Positions 58,617-64,000 of a stretch of 64,000 nt of DNA are shown here, in pieces. The notes beneath the pieces were generated by a model. That model was given only the letters and a program-made list of their open reading frames with translations. It did not search any database and was not told where the DNA came from. Origin of the DNA: Asterias rubens (taxonomy: Eukaryota); assembly GCF_902459465.1 (NCBI RefSeq), contig NC_047071.1, positions 3,286,001-3,350,000 of the forward strand, written 5' to 3'. Made by a program: the position numbers and the translations under genes. The first letter of the stretch is position 1, and every line of letters starts with the position of its first letter.

Positions 58617-61600
58617 TCACCTCAATCGTCCTCCACTCAGTTGGGAACCAGATCGGTTGTTTGAACTCCCAGACATTGGCCTACAGAGAAATAGACAAGG
58701 CAAACTTTAAAACGACTGCAAATTAGGTACAATTAGATAAATGAAACCCAGTTCAAGTTACTAACAATTATAAGTTTCCCTTATAAGTACTTTTTAATAT
58801 TCACTGTACCAACTAAGCAGACAAGAAATGATATTGGGACTTACTTGCTTGTTACTCCAGATTTCTTTTTGCCTTGGTAAGATTTTGACCTGCAAAAATT
58901 TAATTTACAAATTATTATTTACTTCATGGTCCTATTCTTAAAAGTGAGCATTGAAAATAAGGTTGATTAAAATAACTTGTCTTTTATGGTTAAATCATAA
59001 ATAAATAAAACATTTTGTAAGTTGATTATGTGTTTACTTTTTGTCAGTTTTTCCTTTGAATACACGACCAGTATCCAGCTTATTAACATCTGATGAGCTA
59101 CTTTTGGGAGTTCCTTTCGCGAAATTTCCACAATCCTCATTGCTTGGATTCTCTTCACATTCTACTCCAATCCGAAGAGGTGAGTAGATATTAAACCATT
59201 GCTGTAAAAACAAATGAGAAAATTATATCAATAAATATTCAATGAAATGTGAGAAAAAGTGATTTGATAAAGAGTTCCATTACGTGTCATTACTTTGATA
59301 TAAGTTAAGCTGCTGATTTTTAGCCTAAACCTTTTGTCTTAACTAGCAACTCCAGGGAACTTCACATTGGTCAAACTTTTTCCAAACACCATTACTTTAA
59401 ATAAAAAGGAGTTTAAATCTAGGCATTAATTCAACCTAACTGTTTTCAAATCCAACAGAAACTACCTTTCATTAATTTTGTTTTCATTCATTAATTTTAC
59501 TTTAAAAAAAACAACTGGCAGCAGAAAGCTCAATTATGTGGCCTTATAAGGAAAGAAAACCGAGATAAAATAACACAAATAAAAACACCAAAAAGCAACA
59601 CCGCAGTTCAGAAGTAAATAGAATTTTTTTACAAATTTGACAATAAAAGGAATACAAATTTGGATAAAACATTAAAAAGACATTACACATATGCACAGGG
59701 TGTTGTAGGAACCCCCTTATACATTGGCCCAAAATGACATGACATAAAGCACCTAAAAAACAGGGTTCCTTGCATATCAAAACTAAACAGCCCATGCTTT
59801 GAAAGATTAACATTATACTAGGAATAACCAGTTAAGGAAACCTATACTACTGAAGGTATTTAAAGATTTAAATTTACAAAAGTAATTAATAATAATAATA
59901 ATAATAATAATAATGAAAACTTATAAAGCGCCATCTATCTAAGACTAAACTTATTCCGAGGCGCATAAACAAAAACAGAGAGAGAGAGAGTAACAAAACA
60001 AGAACACAAATTACGTATCTTAGAAAGAAGTAAGAGTACAATGAATACAAAATAAAAAGTTGAATTACATAATGTGTTGGCAAAAATAATCAGTAAAAAA
60101 AAAACCCAGAAAGTCGGAAAGTCTTGATTCCAACAACACACACAACAACCACATCACTAGCATCTCTTACCTTTGCTTGTGGTGTTAATCCAATATCAGT
60201 GTAGGCATACTGCCATTGAGGCAGACCAAGATGCATTAACATCATACGGAAATACTGACTGAAGGTACTCGCCAAAAAGTGCCATCTTAAAGCTCTGTCT
60301 AGCAACCAGATCTTTGGATGCTGAGCAGGACTTCCTAAGAAAAACACAAGACAAAAGAAAATTATTTGTGAGAAAAATATGACGAAGTGAGTTGGAGTAG
60401 AAAAATACAAACTGTCACTGTCAGCACTTAACATGTATCTTACCTGGTTTGGTGTCTGTGTAAACAAGGCAGACCTTAGCTATGCCTTGACAAGAATCTA
60501 GCTCAAAGATTCTGCTACGTCTGTCAAAATGAGGACTGGAAAATTCATCATCTGAAACACAGTTGACCAAAAACAAACTCCTGGTTATTATCTTAAAGTT
60601 TGACAATTCCATGCACCCTCTTATCACCCAAATTTGAGCCTACCCAGCCAGCACTGGTAATAGCAGTTAGTGTGTTAGTATTGCTCAGGTCCATCTGATT
60701 TCAATAAGTAACCAAAATGGAATCGTGTAAACCTACCTCCCTGTTCTTCATCACTGATATCATCTATATCAGCTAAAGATGGGGTGTTGGAACTCGTTGC
60801 TTTATTACCAGCTAACTTACTTAGATTATTCACTTGATTAATCTCCATCAAACCAACTTGCTGTAACTGATCTGAGATTTGAAAGAAAACCAATACAGAC
60901 AGTTAGAACTAGCTTAATTCAATTCATTTAATTTTGAAATCACATGAAATTTGTTATCCATTTTATAGCATAAAACAAACATACAAACAGATAAGACAAT
61001 TAATTTGCTTAAAAGAGAGAGTCATAAAAACAGATTAACTCTATAAAATTACAGAAGTAAATAAAAAGTTATCTGATAAAACTACTCAAGTTCGATTAAA
61101 ACTTGACCATCAGCCTTGTTGGATATTGAGTAAAAAGCAGTAATTTGTAATCCACTTGCGCTTGTGTGATAACTAATAATTGAATAAAATATTCATGTTA
61201 AGCATGATTGTACAGTTTAAAAACACATTAAATTTACTTTCCACGTGACTGTGACCATGGAGGAACCTTGTCAATTTGAGTAACTTACCATACTAATTAA
61301 TTCTTCCATACCATTTTGGTCACAATATCACAAACAAAAATCTACCATTCAAAATGTGCACATAGGAATGTTAAATTTACCATCCAATTTAACGCTCCAT
61401 TTGAGAAGGAGTCCATCTGATGTGAGATAGAATCTTTTAAGATCCTCAGGTAACATACAGGAATTACGCTGTTCCCATGATACCACTAGGTGGCGCTCTG
61501 CAGGTTTAGAGTCAACCAACTTCACATCACAAATTCCTGCTCTCTTTTCTGAAATATAAATGCTTACATTTTCAAAATTATATATATGCTTCCTTTATTG

Positions 61601-61871
61601 ACATCTTACCTAACATCAAAATTTTAACCATGCTATTATTGTCTAAATGCAACCGTTGATCGTGGAGTTGCTTTGACAATGGATTAGAAAAGAAAGATTA
61701 CAGAGATTAATTATGGTTAAAAAAAATTAAAACAAAACCGATGCAAATATAATGATTGAAATAGCAACACATTTGAGTTATTATCGATAATGGTGCTAAC
61801 GTACCTAGAGACTTTACAACACCAAGTGTCAATTGACTAAAAAGTTCTGTTGTCAGTGGAAACTCATCCAT
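58617..61871 (-). CDS. TPGS2: Tubulin polyglutamylase complex subunit 2 (SMI1/KNR4-like domain), about 304 aa
   Basis: Exons 61871-61805 (LTLGVVKSLE), 61548-61381 (PAERHLVVSWEQRNSCMLPEDLKRFY), 60871-60737, 60551-60444 (PHFDRRSRIFELDSC..KVCLVY), 60334-60171 (IWLLDRALRWHFLASTFSQYFRMMLMHLGLPQWQYAYTDIGLTPQAK), 59201-59038 (QWFNIY..NKLDTGRVFK), 58889-58845, 58680-58617. They sum to 915 nt and match human TPGS2 motifs as I recall them. Confidence 0.92.
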
Positions 61872-62102
61872 GTTAATCTGCCTGGTTTGGGGAAAACCTC
61901 TGGGAGGAAACTTTAATTCACGCTAACAAAAACAATGTTATGTGCGCCGCCATGTTGAAATTGAGGTCCGCCCTCTTGCGTCCTTCGTCAAGCGTGACTA
62001 TTTTCAGCTGTTGGGGGCGCCCTACATCTCCAGCTGGCGTGAAAAAGGTAAACATGTTCATCATTTTGGAAACCTTCTGATTTTGTTTTATTTGAGCGTC
62101 AA
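61872..62102. promoter_or_regulatory. Probable bidirectional promoter and 5' UTR region shared by TPGS2 and MOCS2
   Basis: Only 231 bp separate the divergent start codons, and the region is locally GC-richer than its flanks. Confidence 0.6.
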
Positions 62103-63299
62103 ATGGCCTCTATTTGCGCAGATGTTGTCGAAATTAATTTACTTTTTTTCGCCAAGAGTCGAGAACTAGCTGGTGTGAAAGAGGGACACCTTCAGGTGCA
62201 GACAAATTTGAAACCAGAGGAATTGCTACTGACAATTGTGAACCACTATCCACAGTAAGATTAATAAATTAATAAGAACGTTCGTTTATAAACGTTGTTG
62301 GATTTGACATGATGAGGCGACAACCCTAGAAACTATGCCTGTGAGCGGAGCCTTAAAGACAGTGGACACTATTGGTACTTGTCAAAGACCAGTCTTCTCA
62401 CTTGGTGTATCTCAACATATGCATAAAATAACAAACCTGTGAAAATTTGAGCTCGATTGGTTGTCGGAGTTGCGAGATAACTAACAAAGAAAAAAACACC
62501 CTTGTCACACGAAGTTGTGTGCGTTTAGATGCTTGATTTCGAGACCTCAAATTCTAAACTTGAGGTCTCGAAATCAAATTCGTGGAAAATTACTTCTTTC
62601 TCGAAAACTATGTCACTTCAGAGGGAGCTGTTTCTCACATTGTTTTATACTATCAATCTGTCCCCATTACTCTTTACCAAGTGAGGTTTTATGCTGATAA
62701 TTATTTTGTTAGAGTAATTACCAATACAAAAATAGTGTCCACTGCCTTTAAGAAGTACACGGAGAGGCGACTTGACTATTAAAATACGGCCTGACGGTGA
62801 TAGATCGACCTAGTACTAAGGGTAGTTCCACTGTCACAGTGGAACTCCCCTTACCGTCTTAGTACTACTACTAGCATGGTCGATAAGTTTTAAAAATTAG
62901 TCCACAAATTTGAATCAACAGTGTTCATTCGATGTCCTTATTTATATTTTTATGACCAATCTTGAATCTTTTGGGTAAGATGATTGAAATTTATTAAATG
63001 ATGATTTGTTCCTAGTTTCACATAATTTTAATAAAGAGACCACAGCTCCCAAAATCTCCCAACATGGGACATAACAATTTTTATACTGGAGCCCCTCCCC
63101 TGTTAATCTGTTAATTTTGGGCTAACTTGCTTTTGATTTAGTCGTGGTATTCACTATTATTTTACTTACCAGACTGTCCGTTATTCAAGACACTGTCGTC
63201 CTGTCACTCAATCAAGAGTACATTGCCAAAGGAGACGATACTCTTAACCTTCGACCTGGTGATGAAGTTGCTGTAATTCCACCAATCAGTGGAGGCTAA
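62103..63299 (+). CDS. MOCS2: Molybdopterin synthase sulfur-carrier (small) subunit MOCS2A, about 92 aa
   Basis: Exons 62103-62254 (MASICADVVEINLLFFAKSRELAGV...) and 63173-63299 (LSVIQDTVVLSLNQEY...LRPGDEVAVIPPISGG*). MoaD/ubiquitin-like signature with a C-terminal GG. Confidence 0.95.
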
Positions 63300-63484
63300 C
63301 ATCAAACAATCTGTGTAAGTTGCATAATAAATCATTTACTTTTTATAAAGTTTTATTCAAAACAATATTTGCACAGTGAGTCAAAATTAATGAGACAGTT
63401 CAATATGTTTTCCTCATGTATTATTAACATGCACTGATCACTTTTATGATAATTTATTAATGTTCTCTTTCTGTGTTAGATAAA

Positions 63485-63590
63485 ATGGAAGGCAAAGATT
63501 TTATCAAAGTTACTCACAACCCATTGAGTGTTGAAGATATAACAAAGATGGTTACATCACCAACATCTGGTGCCATATCTTTATTCATAG
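63485..63590 (+). CDS. MOCS2: Molybdopterin synthase catalytic (large) subunit MOCS2B, first coding exon; continues beyond the window
   Basis: After acceptor tgtgttag|63480: ATG at 63485, MEGKDFIKVTHNPLSVEDITKMVTSPTSGAISLFIG, donor g|gtaaga at 63590. This is the MoaE-family N-terminus (GAxxxFxG). Confidence 0.9.
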
Positions 63591-64000
63591 GTAAGAATAC
63601 TGCGGGATTTCAAACATGAAACAGTGGACCTTAAGAAGACTGCCCGATAGTGGTTGGTGTTCACACACTGAAACTGTGGATTTTCATTCATTGGTCCTGT
63701 GAGGTTAACTACAGCACATCAGTCTTAAGGGCTTAAAGGGGCACGGTCATCGTGATCACAGCAATTCTCTCAATGGTCCTGTAATGTCTTAAAGGCAGTG
63801 GACACTATTTGTAATTACTCAAAATAATTATCGGCATAAAACCTTTCTTGGTGATGAGTAATGGGGAGAGGTTGATGGTATAAAATATTGTGAGAAACGG
63901 CTCCCTCTGAAGTGCCATAGTTTTCGAGAAAGAATTAATTTTCCATGAATTTGATTTCGAGACCTCAGATTTAGAACTTGAGGTCTCGAAATCAACCACC

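Noticed and set aside
9247-63999. Recurring ORFs such as [10 protein letters not shown]..., MCAFRCLISRPQ..., MRDNSERKK... at many positions
   Set aside because: All fall inside copies of the K1 MITE. They are short, variably broken, and lack transposase motifs.

Overview
AT-rich, intron-rich animal genomic DNA; a marine invertebrate deuterostome such as a sea star is my inference from protein style and repeats, not something I can prove here. The supplied ORF track is mostly misleading because the genes are spliced. Rebuilding exons by hand from GT-AG sites and reading phase gives seven loci: MAP2K5/MEK5 (minus strand, 5' half, runs off the left edge), BHMT (-), DMGDH (+, head-to-head with BHMT), a divergent pair of gamma-glutamyltranspeptidase paralogues GGT-A (-) and GGT-B (+), TPGS2 (-), and a bicistronic MOCS2 locus (+; MOCS2A complete, MOCS2B runs off the right edge). 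Introns are packed with short non-autonomous elements: about 21 TTAA-flanked Kolobok-like MITEs in four families, Harbinger-like, Tc1-like and hAT/P-like MITEs, foldbacks, tRNA-derived SINEs and an L2 LINE tail. Best leads: (1) GGT-B keeps the catalytic Thr and oxyanion GG but has replaced the glutamate-binding residues (R107N, N401G, E420H, D423N, S452T in human GGT1 numbering) and has an acidic 7-aa repeat just before the autocleavage site, suggesting a new acyl-amidohydrolase specificity. (2) Three tandem repeats are built on splice junctions, one of which multiplies a frame-bridging MAP2K5 exon. (3) MOCS2A and MOCS2B are non-overlapping, and a candidate 5' intron would delete the MOCS2A start codon. 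No prokaryotic systems, CRISPR arrays, rRNA or convincing tRNA genes were seen. All coordinates were counted by hand and may be off by a few bases for repeats.
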